Numbered from the whole stretch's first letter, positions 53,073-62,546 are shown. The stretch: DNA of 63,413 nucleotides, filler included, from 7 parts of 7 records of this genome joined end to end with filler, not necessarily neighbours in it, one strand, 5' to 3'. The notes: generated by a model not told the origin, from the letters alone. Numbers and translations are program-made.

Positions 53073-53753
53073 CTACCAGCCACACGCTTCCCGCAGTGGC
53101 TCAAGGGTTTCCCGAAACCCGGTCAGGTCGAACATCAACCCGTCGACGACACCACTGGACGACGCCACAGTCACTCCGGACGCGGCCGCCATGTTTCGCA
53201 CGGTTCGGATGGCGGGCAGCCCCCGACCACCACTGATCACGAAACCGTCGTCCCGGGCCCGCCAGATCTGACGGCCCTGGCCAAAATCGACGGTGACCCG
53301 TTCCTCTTTCACTGCCTCCGGCATCATCAACGTCAGTTCGGTGATGTTGTTGTGACACTGCACCGCCAGCAGCGGCCTCGGCGGTTTGACCCCAAGGGCA
53401 CTGAGCGTCAGCAGATGTCCTGTCAGCTCCGAAGTATTGCGATACAGCGGGCCGTCACCCGGGCGGCGGCGCTGTTCCTGAGCAAAGGCCTGGCGCCAGC
53501 GCTCGGGCTGGTTGCCAACGATGGCGTCTTCAACCGCCACTGAAAACGGGGTACCAAACACCTCGTCAAAACACGCCAACCGTTCCAGGCGCTGGCTCTC
53601 TTCGGTACACGCCATGGCCTCGGCCACCTGGGGATTGCCCTGCGCATTGGCAGCCAGAGACATCGTCGTACCAAGGGCGCAGAGCACAATGGCAAGGAGG
53701 CTGTTACTTCGAATACTTGGGTTCACGCTTCTGTCACCTGATACTTCAGACAT
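53073..53753 (-). CDS. vasI: T6SS-associated VasI/TagO protein
   Basis: C...RLERLACFD, CHNNITEL, GRGLPAI, LREACGW; lies between vasH and tssA. Confidence 0.85.
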   Translation of the reverse strand: MSEVSGDRSVNPSIRSNSLLAIVLCALGTTMSLAANAQGNPQVAEAMACTEESQRLERLACFDEVFGTPFSVAVEDAIVGNQPERWRQAFAQEQRRRPGDGPLYRNTSELTGHLLTLSALGVKPPRPLLAVQCHNNITELTLMMPEAVKEERVTVDFGQGRQIWRARDDGFVISGGRGLPAIRTVRNMAAASGVTVASSSGVVDGLMFDLTGFRETLEPLREACGW

Positions 53754-55297
53754 TTATGGGCCAGGGTGCGCTTGGGCAGCCCCAGGCTTTCCGCTGCCTG
53801 GGCACGGTTGCCACCGTACTGGCGCAGGCGTTCACGAATGATGGCTGCCTCGAACGCCTGGGCCGCAGCCCGAAGGTCGTCCACTTCATCCGCCAGGGGC
53901 ATGCCCGGTACGGCAGTTCCCTGAAAGTCACTGGCCACACAGGTTTCCTGGCTCGGAAACAAGTCATCCAGGCGCAGTACTTCCGGCTGGATATCGTCAC
54001 CCACCGGGGTTTGCAGACAGGCAAACTCAACAATGTTCCTCAGCTCCCGGGCATTGCCGGGAAAGTTATATGCCGCCAGCATGCCCAAGGCATGGCTGCT
54101 GATACCCAGTGGGCCGGCGCCCTCGCGGGCCGTGTACTCACGGATGAAATGCCGGCACAGGGGCTCCAGATCTTCCGGGCGCTCCCGCAATGGCTTGACC
54201 CGCAACGGGAACTGGCTGAGCCGGTAGAACAGGTCGCGGCGGAACCGGCCCTCTTCGATGCAGTCACTCAGTGGCTGATGGGTGGCCGCGACCAGTCGAA
54301 AATCAGAGTGTTGTTCCTGCTGAGCTCCGAGTGGGCGGAAGCGTCGGCTTTCCAGCACCCGCAGCAGTTTGGACTGCAGAGCCATGGGCATGTCGCCGAT
54401 CTCATCCAGGAACAGGGTGCCGCCATCCGCTTGCGCCAGCAGACCTTCCTTGGCTCGGTCGGCACCGGAAAACGCACCCTTGGCATGGCCAAAAAGTTCA
54501 CTTTCCAGCAACGAGTCCGGGATGGCGGCGCAATTGACCACCACTATCGGCCCTTCGGCCCGATCCGAAAACCGGTGAATGCCCTGAGCCACAAGATCCT
54601 TGCCGCAGCCGGTTTCACCCTGAACCAGAACCGACAGCTGACTACCGGCGGCCCGGACAATCTGGGCGCGAAGGTCGGTCATGCCTTTGGAGTTGCCAAC
54701 CAGAGTGGTCGCCAACTCTTCACAGCGCTGGCGTACGGCTTCTGCGTCGTGGAGGTGGTCGAGGGAGCGCTTGAGCATGCGCCGCTGCCAGACCTGGTCG
54801 CTGGTCTTGAGCTGGCTGACCCATTGGTGAGACAGCAGGGTCAACAAACCGCGGTACAGTGGCTGGGCGGTGATGCCGTCCCATTCGGGTTCTTCATTAC
54901 ACAGCACGAGGATGCCAAGAGTGCGGCCGTCTTCGCCTTTGATGGGTTCCAGCCAGAATGAGCGGGGCCGGTTGCTGGCGTCGACCAGGGCCTGGAAGCC
55001 CGGATGATCCAGGCGGTAGCTCGCGGCCCGTGACAATTCCCTGGGTTTGCCCTGTTGCAGCAGGTGGGCAAAGGGGTGGCTGAAGTCACCGCAGTCGAAT
55101 TCGCCCTGCTCGCCCAGTGCCGCACAGTGGAGCGTGCGGCCGCTGAGGTCGAGTTCGAGTGACCAGCAGCGGGTGAGGCCGAAGGTGTTTTCGAGTTGCC
55201 GTGAGGCGACTTTTAGCAGGGCTGGCAGGTTGTCCTGCCGGAGCAGTTCAACCGCCAGGTCTATGCCGGTGTGCAACTCCGTCTGCATCCGTCCCAT
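53723..55297 (-). CDS. vasH: Sigma54-dependent enhancer-binding protein VasH/Sfa
   Basis: [41 protein letters not shown]-terminal [11 protein letters not shown]. Confidence 0.9.
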   Translation of the reverse strand: MGRMQTELHTGIDLAVELLRQDNLPALLKVASRQLENTFGLTRCWSLELDLSGRTLHCAALGEQGEFDCGDFSHPFAHLLQQGKPRELSRAASYRLDHPGFQALVDASNRPRSFWLEPIKGEDGRTLGILVLCNEEPEWDGITAQPLYRGLLTLLSHQWVSQLKTSDQVWQRRMLKRSLDHLHDAEAVRQRCEELATTLVGNSKGMTDLRAQIVRAAGSQLSVLVQGETGCGKDLVAQGIHRFSDRAEGPIVVVNCAAIPDSLLESELFGHAKGAFSGADRAKEGLLAQADGGTLFLDEIGDMPMALQSKLLRVLESRRFRPLGAQQEQHSDFRLVAATHQPLSDCIEEGRFRRDLFYRLSQFPLRVKPLRERPEDLEPLCRHFIREYTAREGAGPLGISSHALGMLAAYNFPGNARELRNIVEFACLQTPVGDDIQPEVLRLDDLFPSQETCVASDFQGTAVPGMPLADEVDDLRAAAQAFEAAIIRERLRQYGGNRAQAAESLGLPKRTLAHKCLKYQVTEA

Positions 55298-55347
55298 TCT
55301 TCTTGTTCCCTGTGTTGGTTGTTCGCCGGCCGCGTACCCTGTGGTTC

Positions 55348-55386
55348 GGCTTTCCAAAACACGCTGTGAATACATCCCTGTACGCT
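55348..55386. repeat. Fragment of a Marinobacter-type intergenic repeat at the contig end
   Basis: TTTCCAAAACACGCTGTGAATACATCCCTGTACGCT resembles a repeat I recall from Marinobacter genomes; a contig break here fits a repeat; single copy in the window. Confidence 0.4.
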
Positions 55387-55486
55387 NNNNNNNNNNNNNN
55401 NNNNNNNNNNNNNNNNNNNNNNNNNNNNNNTTAATTAATTAANNNNNNNNNNNNNNNNNNNNNNNNNNNNNNNNNNNNNNNNNNNN
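55387..55486. other. Artificial contig linker
   Basis: N-run + TTAATTAATTAA + N-run. Confidence 0.98.
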
Positions 55487-55540
55487 GTTTCCGGGGCGGT
55501 TGCTCCTTCGGCGCCGGAATGCCCGGTCTCTCCCATCAGG
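55487..55540 (-). ncRNA. Glycine riboswitch, first aptamer (3' truncated)
   Basis: Minus strand GGGAGAGA-CCGG-gcatt-CCGG-CGCCGAAGGAGCAA-CCGCCCCGGAAAC matches the GGAGAG...CCGAAG.AGCAA core; cut just before the expected TCTCAGG. Confidence 0.9.
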
Positions 55541-55629
55541 ATAGTCAAGGAATGCCTGTTAACCGGCATTACAAAACGACCTTAGTGATCACGCGTCCGA
55601 ATTGTCAAGCTCGGGCATGCCGAAATGGA

Positions 55630-55980
55630 TTAACGCGCGCCGTATTTCAATACCCAAAGTGGCAGCAAAGCCGCAACATCGGCACTTTTCTCATCCAGTT
55701 CTATCGCCGTGGTCATGCCTCTTTCATCGATCCGCACGACGCGTCCACCAAAGCGGCAAATCTCGGGTGATCCAATCGGGCCGATAATTCCTTCGACGGG
55801 TTGATCCAGTGCGACATGATTTGCGATGCCGTTCAGAAGCATCCCGTCGAGCGACCAGTTTTCCGTTGAAAATCGCGCACCCTCAATCTCGACACTGAGG
55901 ACAGGATTCGATACGCGAAAAGCGCCACGCTTTTCGAATCTGTTTGCAACAGATTGTGTGTTCATTTCAGCTTGCAGCAC
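55630..55980 (-). CDS. Single-domain PilZ protein
   Basis: RxxxR (RGAFR) and NxSxxG (NWSLDG); GGAG RBS before GTG 55980, alternative ATG 55965. Confidence 0.75.
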   Translation of the reverse strand: MLQAEMNTQSVANRFEKRGAFRVSNPVLSVEIEGARFSTENWSLDGMLLNGIANHVALDQPVEGIIGPIGSPEICRFGGRVVRIDERGMTTAIELDEKSADVAALLPLWVLKYGAR

Positions 55981-56364
55981 GAATAGTCTCCATAAAAATT
56001 TGCCTGCTCTCTTGTATGCAGCCTTTATGCCAAACACCGGATCAAAGGGAAAACACTTGTAATCCCTTGCCTTTTTACGTGACGGGGAAGGGATGGAATT
56101 TCTATGAGGCAAGGCAAACGGCAAATTTTCCCGCTTAATAGGAAAAAACAGGCAGGGTTAATTTGGGTTTTACGAGGTGGATGATGAGGGCAAAAAGAGA
56201 ATCAAAATCAGTGAATCGGAGCGCCGAGACTTCATTTTGAGTTAAAATACGGAGTGACATCGACGGCACTGAATTTTTTTTAGATGCACCCGAAAGTAAT
56301 AATATTTTGTTTTTGAATGATTTTTCGCAATAATGCTGCAGGTGCGAAATAAAAAAATGAAATT

Positions 56365-56410
56365 TTGTCAATAATGACAATTTGTCATCTTTGAAAAAGC
56401 CTGCTACAAA
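56365..56410 (+). promoter_or_regulatory. Sigma70-type promoter with an overlapping palindromic operator
   Basis: -35 TTGTCA (56382-56387), 17-bp spacer, -10 TACAAA (56405-56410); half-sites TTGTCA-ATAA-TGACAA-T-TTGTCA. Confidence 0.6.
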
Positions 56411-56418
56411 ACTGGCCA

Positions 56419-56546
56419 AGCCGGGTAACTGGGCGGAAGATCCAAGCTTGGCTAAATAATTACAAGGTCGGGTAACTGGGCGCAAGATCCAGACTTAGCT
56501 CAACCATCTAAAGTCAGGTAACTGGGCGCAAGATCCAGGCCTGACT
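56419..56546 (+). ncRNA. Candidate cis-regulatory leader: three tandem 35-nt hairpins
   Basis: Units at 56419, 56466 and 56512 share GGTAACTGGGCG(C/G)AAGATCCA and have covarying closing stems. Confidence 0.75.
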
Positions 56547-56579
56547 AAATTATTCCAGTAATCAGGAGTCATCCCGTAA

Positions 56580-57551
56580 ATGACAATGCCGGCCGTTCTG
56601 GAAGGGAGTCTTTCTCTCCCAGTTATTGCATCGCCGATGTTCATCGTATCCGGGCCGGAGTTGGTAATTGCTCAGTGCAAGCAGGGCATCGTTGGATCAT
56701 TCCCGGCACTTAATGCGCGGCCGATTTCGCAGCTTGACGAATGGCTTCATCAGATCAAGTCGGAACTTGCCGACTATGCAGCGGCAAATCCTGATAAGAA
56801 GGTGGCGCCCTTTGCGGTCAATCAGATTGTCCATGCGTCAAACTCCCGGCTGGAAGAAGATGTGGCTCTCTGTGTAAAGCATGAAGTCCCGATTATCATC
56901 ACGAGCCTCCGGGCCCCGAATGAGATTGTTGAGGCGATACATTCTTACGGCGGAATTATTCTGCATGATGTGACAACTATCCGCCATGCACAAAAAGCGC
57001 TGGAAGCGGGTGTCGATGGGTTGATCCTGGTGTGTGCCGGCGCCGGCGGACATGCGGGAAGGTTAAGTCCTTTTGCGCTGGTTTCCGAAGTGCGGCAGTT
57101 CTTTGATGGGCCGATTGCGCTTTCCGGCGCGATTGCAAATGGACGTTCAATCCTGTCGGCTCAGGCGATGGGGGCAGACCTTGCTTATATGGGAAGTGCC
57201 TTTATCGCGACCAAGGAAGCGAATGCGGTAGACGACTATAAGAATATGATCGTGGAGAGTACCGGTGAGGATATTCTCTATACAAGCACCTTTACCGGCG
57301 TTCACGGGAACTACTTGCGTCCTAGTGTGGTGAAGGCGGGTCTCGATCCGGAGAATTTACCGGGTGCCGATAAAAGCCGGATGAATTTTGGCAGCGGTGG
57401 TACCGGTAAGTCAAAAGCCTGGAAGGACATTTGGGGTTCCGGGCAAGGTATTGGCAGCGTAAGCGATGTGCCAAGCGTTGAAGAATATGTTGATCGCTTA
57501 AAAGAACAGTATGCCCAGGCCAAGGCTGAAATCAATAATAAGGCCATTTAG
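56580..57551 (+). CDS. Nitronate monooxygenase / FabK-like FMN oxidoreductase
   Basis: PVIASPMF, GAGGHAG, LSGAI..G, AYMGSAFIATKEA, IWGSGQG. Confidence 0.9.
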   Translation: MTMPAVLEGSLSLPVIASPMFIVSGPELVIAQCKQGIVGSFPALNARPISQLDEWLHQIKSELADYAAANPDKKVAPFAVNQIVHASNSRLEEDVALCVKHEVPIIITSLRAPNEIVEAIHSYGGIILHDVTTIRHAQKALEAGVDGLILVCAGAGGHAGRLSPFALVSEVRQFFDGPIALSGAIANGRSILSAQAMGADLAYMGSAFIATKEANAVDDYKNMIVESTGEDILYTSTFTGVHGNYLRPSVVKAGLDPENLPGADKSRMNFGSGGTGKSKAWKDIWGSGQGIGSVSDVPSVEEYVDRLKEQYAQAKAEINNKAI

Positions 57552-57554
57552 ACT

Positions 57555-57592
57555 GAATTTTCCCTCACCCTAACGGGTGGGGGTAATTTCTT
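57555..57592. terminator. Hairpin between convergent genes
   Basis: CCCTCACCC-TAAC-GGGTGGGGG with AT-rich flanks. Confidence 0.6.
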
Positions 57593-57634
57593 CAAATTTC
57601 CGGTACATAAAAATGATGAGTTGAGGGTGCTGGA

Positions 57635-57826
57635 TCAGCGCCGAACGGTGATTGGTGAGCTGTTGCCCGCTGTTTCCCGAATGATATCGCGGATATTGGA
57701 TGTGCATTTCGCGCATTGCGGGGCAGCCCCCAGCGTTTCATAGACATTTGCGATGCGCTGCGCGCCAGAGGCGACGGCGCTTTTAATGTCTCGGTCCGTC
57801 AATCCGTTACAAAGGCAAATATACAT
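57635..57826 (-). CDS. bfd: Bacterioferritin-associated ferredoxin
   Basis: MYICLCNG...QCAKC [2Fe-2S] motif next to bfr. Confidence 0.93.
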   Translation of the reverse strand: MYICLCNGLTDRDIKSAVASGAQRIANVYETLGAAPQCAKCTSNIRDIIRETAGNSSPITVRR

Positions 57827-57846
57827 TTCACAACTTAATTAATATT

Positions 57847-57865
57847 AAAAATGACAATCATTCCT
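57847..57865 (-). promoter_or_regulatory. Fur-box-like site upstream of bfd
   Basis: AAAAATGACAATCATTCCT, 13/19 to GATAATGATAATCATTATC; minus-strand TTGACA about 25 bp further upstream. Confidence 0.55.
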
Positions 57866-57946
57866 AATAAATAAGCGATGTGCAATTAGTTGTCAATGGC
57901 AAGGGGAGTTTATGAGGCGGGAATCTGATACTAAAGGGTCAATTTT

Positions 57947-58414
57947 TTAAGACGTCTGCGACTGGATGTAGTTTTGGAGGCCCATCTTCTCGATTAAGCC
58001 AAGCTGTGTTTCCAGCCAATCAATATGCTCCTCTTCGGATTCCAGTATATCGGCCAGCAAATCACGGGAAACGTAATCCTGCTTGGTTTCGCAGTCGCTG
58101 ATAGCGGCTTTCAGATCGACATGACCGACATGCTCCATCTTAAGGTCGCATTCGATGATCTCCTTGACATCTTCGCCAATCATCAGCTTGCCAAGATCCT
58201 GCAGGTTGGGAAGCCCTTCCAGAAAGAGTATCCGCTTGATGAGTTTGTCCGCATGCTTCATCTCGTCGATAGACTCGTCATATTCTTTTTCGCCGAGTTC
58301 CTTGAGGCCCCAGTCTTCAAGCATGCGAGCATGCAGAAAATACTGATTAATGGCCGTCAATTCATTCTTAAGAATGACGTTGAGATGCTTGATAATTGAT
58401 GTGTCGCCCTTCAT
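57947..58414 (-). CDS. bfr: Bacterioferritin
   Basis: [41 protein letters not shown]. Confidence 0.97.
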   Translation of the reverse strand: MKGDTSIIKHLNVILKNELTAINQYFLHARMLEDWGLKELGEKEYDESIDEMKHADKLIKRILFLEGLPNLQDLGKLMIGEDVKEIIECDLKMEHVGHVDLKAAISDCETKQDYVSRDLLADILESEEEHIDWLETQLGLIEKMGLQNYIQSQTS

Positions 58415-58519
58415 GAATAGTTCCTTGCGTTGCGATGGTATGTCCCTTAACTATAGCGCAGTGGCAATGCTAAACAAATGCCATAACAAAGAAGACTTGA
58501 TAAACAAGTGAGGCGAGGA

Positions 58520-59005
58520 ATGTCAGACAATCAATTTAACCCAGAGAGCCACAAATTTGGCGAGGCAAGCTACTTCGAGGACTTGTCTGTCGGGCAGCGA
58601 TTTTACATTCCGTCGCGCACGCTGCGAGATGCCAATTTTTCTGCCTTTCAGGCGGCGTCCGGTGATAATCACCCGATTCATTATGATGTTGAGTATTGTA
58701 AAAAGCAGGGACATCCGGAATTGCTGGCGCATGGGTTCCAGGTCTTGATACAGACCGCATCTGGCGCCGGGATATTTCCGCATGTAATCGGCGAATCTCT
58801 GATCGCCTTTATTGATCAGTCATCAAAGTTCCTGGGTCCCGTGTACTATGGCGATACCGTTTATCCGGAACTGGTTATCACGGACCTCAAGGAACAGAAA
58901 TCAACAGGTGTGGTCACGGTACGCTCCACTATTCATAACCAGCGTCGCGAACTGGTTCTGGAGGGGGAACAGCGTTATCTGGTTCGTCGCCGTCGGGCCT
59001 CCTGA
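58520..59005 (+). CDS. MaoC-family (R)-hydratase/dehydratase
   Basis: YFEDL, SGDNHPIH, AHG, PVYYGDT. Confidence 0.9.
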   Translation: MSDNQFNPESHKFGEASYFEDLSVGQRFYIPSRTLRDANFSAFQAASGDNHPIHYDVEYCKKQGHPELLAHGFQVLIQTASGAGIFPHVIGESLIAFIDQSSKFLGPVYYGDTVYPELVITDLKEQKSTGVVTVRSTIHNQRRELVLEGEQRYLVRRRRAS

Positions 59006-59011
59006 CATTCG

Positions 59012-59458
59012 TTAAATTTTGAAATTTCGGGCAGAGGCCAGCACAGTGCCGCATAGCCGTTCTTCGCCTTTCGCGACGGAGTAAATATCCGCTGCACCAA
59101 CGGAGAGAGTGCGTCCATTCTGGAGGACGCAGCCGCGGGCGATTAGTTTCTCGCCTCGCGCCTGCCCGGTCATCTTTACTGTAAAGTCAAGCGTGGCACA
59201 TGCCCATCCAGCGGGCAGCAGGGACGTGCAGGCGCTGACGGCGGCAATATCTCCAATCGTGCCGACGAATGACGCCGGAAAGAGGTCAGGCGGTGTCGAA
59301 AGGGCCTTCTGAAACGGTGCTTCAATGACAATCTGTCCCGGTATTTCGTCCAGTATTTTCACTCCATAGGTTTGCACGAACGGCAAAAGAGGTAAAAAGT
59401 CGGAGGGCTTTGCATAGCCCTCCGCCTGTTGGGGCGTTTTTTGTCCTTTATGCGGCAT
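59012..59458 (-). CDS. PaaI-family hotdog thioesterase
   Basis: [27 protein letters not shown]; downstream of the acyl-CoA dehydrogenase. Confidence 0.8.
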   Translation of the reverse strand: MPHKGQKTPQQAEGYAKPSDFLPLLPFVQTYGVKILDEIPGQIVIEAPFQKALSTPPDLFPASFVGTIGDIAAVSACTSLLPAGWACATLDFTVKMTGQARGEKLIARGCVLQNGRTLSVGAADIYSVAKGEERLCGTVLASARNFKI

Positions 59459-59887
59459 AGCGCCCTACGATCTGTTTGCCGAGGGAGGACATATGCACTT
59501 GGTCCGGCCCATCAGCCAGCCTGACGGTGCGGGCGTAGGCAAAGGCTTCGGCAAGGAAAGTATCCTGGCTAAGCCCCATGGCGCCATGGACCTGAATGGC
59601 CCGGTCGATAACCGTTTGCGCCATGGTCGGAGCAACGATCTTGATCATGGCAATGAGGTCACGCGCCTCTTTATAGGACACTTCATCCATGCGTGCCGCC
59701 GCCTTCAGGGTGAGGAGGCGGGCCTGCTCCACCTCGCAGATGGATTTGGCGATGTCTTCCCGAACGGAACCCTGTTCACTTAGCTTCTTGCCAAAGGCAA
59801 CCCGATTCTCTGCCCGAACGCACATCAGCTCAATTGCTCGCTGGGCGCAGCCGATCAGCCGCATGCAGTGATGAATACGGCCCGGTC
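59448..59887 (-). CDS. Acyl-CoA dehydrogenase (ACAD10/11-like), C-terminal fragment
   Basis: [37 protein letters not shown]. Confidence 0.92.
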
Positions 59888-59987
59888 NNNNNNNNNNNNN
59901 NNNNNNNNNNNNNNNNNNNNNNNNNNNNNNNTTAATTAATTAANNNNNNNNNNNNNNNNNNNNNNNNNNNNNNNNNNNNNNNNNNNN
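59888..59987. other. Artificial contig linker
   Basis: N-run + TTAATTAATTAA + N-run. Confidence 0.98.
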
Positions 59988-60323
59988 CTGCAGGGTGGAC
60001 CCTCGCGCACCCGCCCCGGCAGCCCCTGCCCCGATGCGCCGCTAGAGGACGGCTATCTTCTGGATAAACTGGGCGGCGGGTTTGTCCTTCTGACCATAGA
60101 CGAACTGGCCCCAGACGAATTGGAAGAAGCAGGCATCGCACTGCGCCGGGTCGCCCTGACGACCTCCGGCACGGCCAGCGGCGTTCTGGCAGACCGCTAT
60201 CTGGGACAGGTCACCTCGGGCGTCTATCTGATCCGGCCCGACCAGCATGTGACCGCGCGCTGGGATCACTATGACGAGGCCGCCACCCGCGCGGCCCTGC
60301 GCCACGCGATTGGACTGGAGTAA
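59988..60323 (+). CDS. FAD-dependent aromatic monooxygenase-like protein, C-terminal fragment
   Basis: RPGSPCPDAP...YLIRPDQHVTARW thioredoxin-like tail; frame open from the contig start. Confidence 0.8.
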   Translation: MQGGPSRTRPGSPCPDAPLEDGYLLDKLGGGFVLLTIDELAPDELEEAGIALRRVALTTSGTASGVLADRYLGQVTSGVYLIRPDQHVTARWDHYDEAATRAALRHAIGLE

Positions 60324-60326
60324 GAC

Positions 60327-60524
60327 ATGGCAGATCTGACACTGACCCCGAACCTTGACCGGCCCGATGATTTCTACGCCGAATTAATCGCTGCCCATGA
60401 CGGATTGAGCGAGGACGAAAGCGCCGCCCTCAACGCGCGCCTGATCCTGATCCTTGCCAACCAGATCGGTGACACGCAGATCATCAGCGCGGCGCTAAAG
60501 GCCGCGTCGAAACCCGACCGATAA
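60327..60524 (+). CDS. DUF2783-family protein
   Basis: PDDFYAELIAAHDGLS..ES..LNARLILILANQIGD. Confidence 0.85.
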   Translation: MADLTLTPNLDRPDDFYAELIAAHDGLSEDESAALNARLILILANQIGDTQIISAALKAASKPDR

Positions 60525-60540
60525 ACCTGGCCGCGCCCCA

Positions 60541-61020
60541 ATGGACAAACTGACCCGACCGTTGGAAACCTTTTTCCCTTACCGCCTTGCAGTGGCGGCC
60601 GAAGGGTTTTCGCGCAATCTAGCCAACGTGTACGGGCGTGGTTACGGCCTCAGCCGCGAAGAATGGCGGCTACTGTTTCTGCTGGCTGGCGAGGCAGAGG
60701 TCACCTCGCGCGACCTCAGCCGCCGGTCCACGCTGGACCGCGTCCAGGTTAGCCGCGCCTCACAAAAGTTGGAGGACAAGGGGCTGATCACGCGCAACAT
60801 CGCCCCGAACGACAGGCGGTTGAAAGTATACGCCTGCACCGAACGCGGGCGCGCCTTGTTCGCGGATGCCTTGCCACAAGTCGAAGCACGGTCAAGCGAG
60901 ATCCTGCGCGCCATGTCTCCTGAGGATCGCGCCGCATTGGAACGTGGGCTTGCCGCCCTGTCCCAGGCTATCGCGACCTGTGCCGCCCCGCCCGAATTCG
61001 AACGCGGACCGCGGTCTTAA
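60541..61020 (+). CDS. MarR-family regulator
   Basis: FFPYRL, EWRLL, DRVQVSRA, DRR, TERG. Confidence 0.9.
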   Translation: MDKLTRPLETFFPYRLAVAAEGFSRNLANVYGRGYGLSREEWRLLFLLAGEAEVTSRDLSRRSTLDRVQVSRASQKLEDKGLITRNIAPNDRRLKVYACTERGRALFADALPQVEARSSEILRAMSPEDRAALERGLAALSQAIATCAAPPEFERGPRS

Positions 61021-61622
61021 TATGGATTCTTGGCGTCTCGGTCAGTCGACAAGGACTGCTGTCGCCGCTCGACCAGCAACTCGATGGCGTCGGCCAAATG
61101 CTCCCGATCAATGTGGTGGTCGCCGCGTCCGACTCGGATGCGGTGCGCCTCGATCATCACATCCGCATGGCGACAGCCCTCTGGCGGCTCAAACCGATAG
61201 CTTGCCAATTCAAGGCGAAGGCCCAGCGGATCGCGGAAATAGATCGAATCCATAAACCCCCGGTCCACCGGACCCGAATGCGATACACCACGCGCGTCCA
61301 GCCGCGCCGCCACCTGCCAAAAGCTGGCTTGGCTGACGTTCAGCGCAAGATGATGCAGCGACCCTGTCGCTTCGGGCACCGCTTTGGCATCAGCCTTACG
61401 GTTTTCATTGGTGAAGATCGTGATCAAGCGCCCGTCACCCGGATCGAAGTACAGATGCCCTTCGTTCGGGTCATCCAGATTCGGCTGGTCAAAGACGAAC
61501 GGCATCCCCAACACCCCTTCCCAGAAATCGATCGAGGTCTGCCTGTCTGCACCGATCAGCGTGATATGGTGCACGCCCTGTGTCTGGATTTTTCGGAAAT
61601 TGTCTGGCTGGCTCATCATCCC
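61017..61622 (-). CDS. VOC/glyoxalase-family protein
   Basis: GVHHI, HLYFD, LHHLAL, SIYFRDPLGLRLE; GAGGGGG RBS. Confidence 0.9.
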   Translation of the reverse strand, partial: GMMSQPDNFRKIQTQGVHHITLIGADRQTSIDFWEGVLGMPFVFDQPNLDDPNEGHLYFDPGDGRLITIFTNENRKADAKAVPEATGSLHHLALNVSQASFWQVAARLDARGVSHSGPVDRGFMDSIYFRDPLGLRLELASYRFEPPEGCRHADVMIEAHRIRVGRGDHHIDREHLADAIELLVERRQQSLSTDRDAKNPY

Positions 61623-61726
61623 CCCCTCAGCTTTGCACATGGCGTGCTCCACGCCCTACGGCATGAATGGCGCAGTTTGCGGAAACAACCAACATCGTCG
61701 AATGCTTGGTCTAAACCTATAGGGCG

Positions 61727-61862
61727 TCAACCCCCGTCCGGACTACATGACCATCTTTTGGCGTTGGGAGCCTTGCCGTAGCAACGGCGAAACGCCCGGT
61801 CAAAACGACTGGCCTCGGAGTATCCCAGACGGTCGGCGATTTCGGAGATCGACAGGCTAGCC
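61727..61862 (-). pseudogene. AraC-family regulator C-terminal HTH remnant
   Basis: Reads LSISEIADRLGYSEASRFDRAFRRCYGKAP...*; the N-terminal part is missing. Confidence 0.8.
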
Positions 61863-61869
61863 TTACCTG

Positions 61870-62527
61870 ATAGCGTCACGGCGTGGTGATCGCGGCCTTG
61901 CCGCACAGGAGCAGCGACTACTGGACCTGGACATCCTCACCGACGCCAGCCCGGCCAAGGCGGAACGCCTCGACATCAAGATCGAGAACTTTCCGCTGTT
62001 TACGATCATCCCGAACGAACGTGACCACCAGCTGCAATCTAGCTTGCACCTACTACGACAAGGAGGATCTTGATACCCCCGGCGCCGGGCGTAAAACGGC
62101 CTTTGACTCGGCGGAGCAGTCGATCGATCTGTTGCTGAACGAAAGCCCGAACCACAAAGCCTATAACATCGTCTTGTTTGGCGGTGAGCCGCTGTCGAAC
62201 ATGCCACTGATCCGCGACATGGTCGCCCACGCAAAGCCGCGTTTTGCGGCACTCGGCAAGGAAGGGCGCTGCACCCTGACCACCGACGTAACACTGCTTA
62301 CGGAATCGTTGGCAGACTGTCTGGACGATCATTGTTTTGGCCTGACCGTGTCGATGGACAGACCAAGGACGCTGCATGACCTCAACCACAAGACGATCGG
62401 CGGCAAAGGATCCTACGACGCGGTTGCCGCCAAGGCACGGATGCTGCTGTCACGCCACAAAGCGCGCCCGGCGAGAGCACGGGTGACGGTGACGACTGGC
62501 GTGCACTTGGCACCGTCTTCTCCATAG
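61870..62527 (+). pseudogene. qhpD: QhpD/PeaB radical SAM maturase pseudogene
   Basis: IENFPL.TII.NV then CNLACTYYDKEDL (third Cys lost), FGGEPL, LTVSMD, RVTVT; GAAC duplication frameshift at 62013-62020; truncated at both ends. Confidence 0.8.
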
Positions 62528-62546
62528 CCTCGAACACATGAGGCGC

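Noticed and set aside
56424-56537. Mini-CRISPR reading of the 21-nt core with 25-26-nt spacers
   Set aside because: The 'spacers' are homologous at their ends and base-pair around the core, there are only three units, no cas genes are present, and the position is a 5' leader
20250-59987. Six identical N/TTAATTAATTAA blocks, and any functional link across them (e.g. nos with EVE, T6SS with PilZ)
   Set aside because: Artificial six-frame-stop linkers. Flanking genes are cut mid-frame and the contigs differ in composition, so they probably come from different organisms
61017-61020. MarR and VOC genes share a TTAA stop overlap
   Set aside because: A common convergent-gene arrangement with no further evidence of antisense regulation
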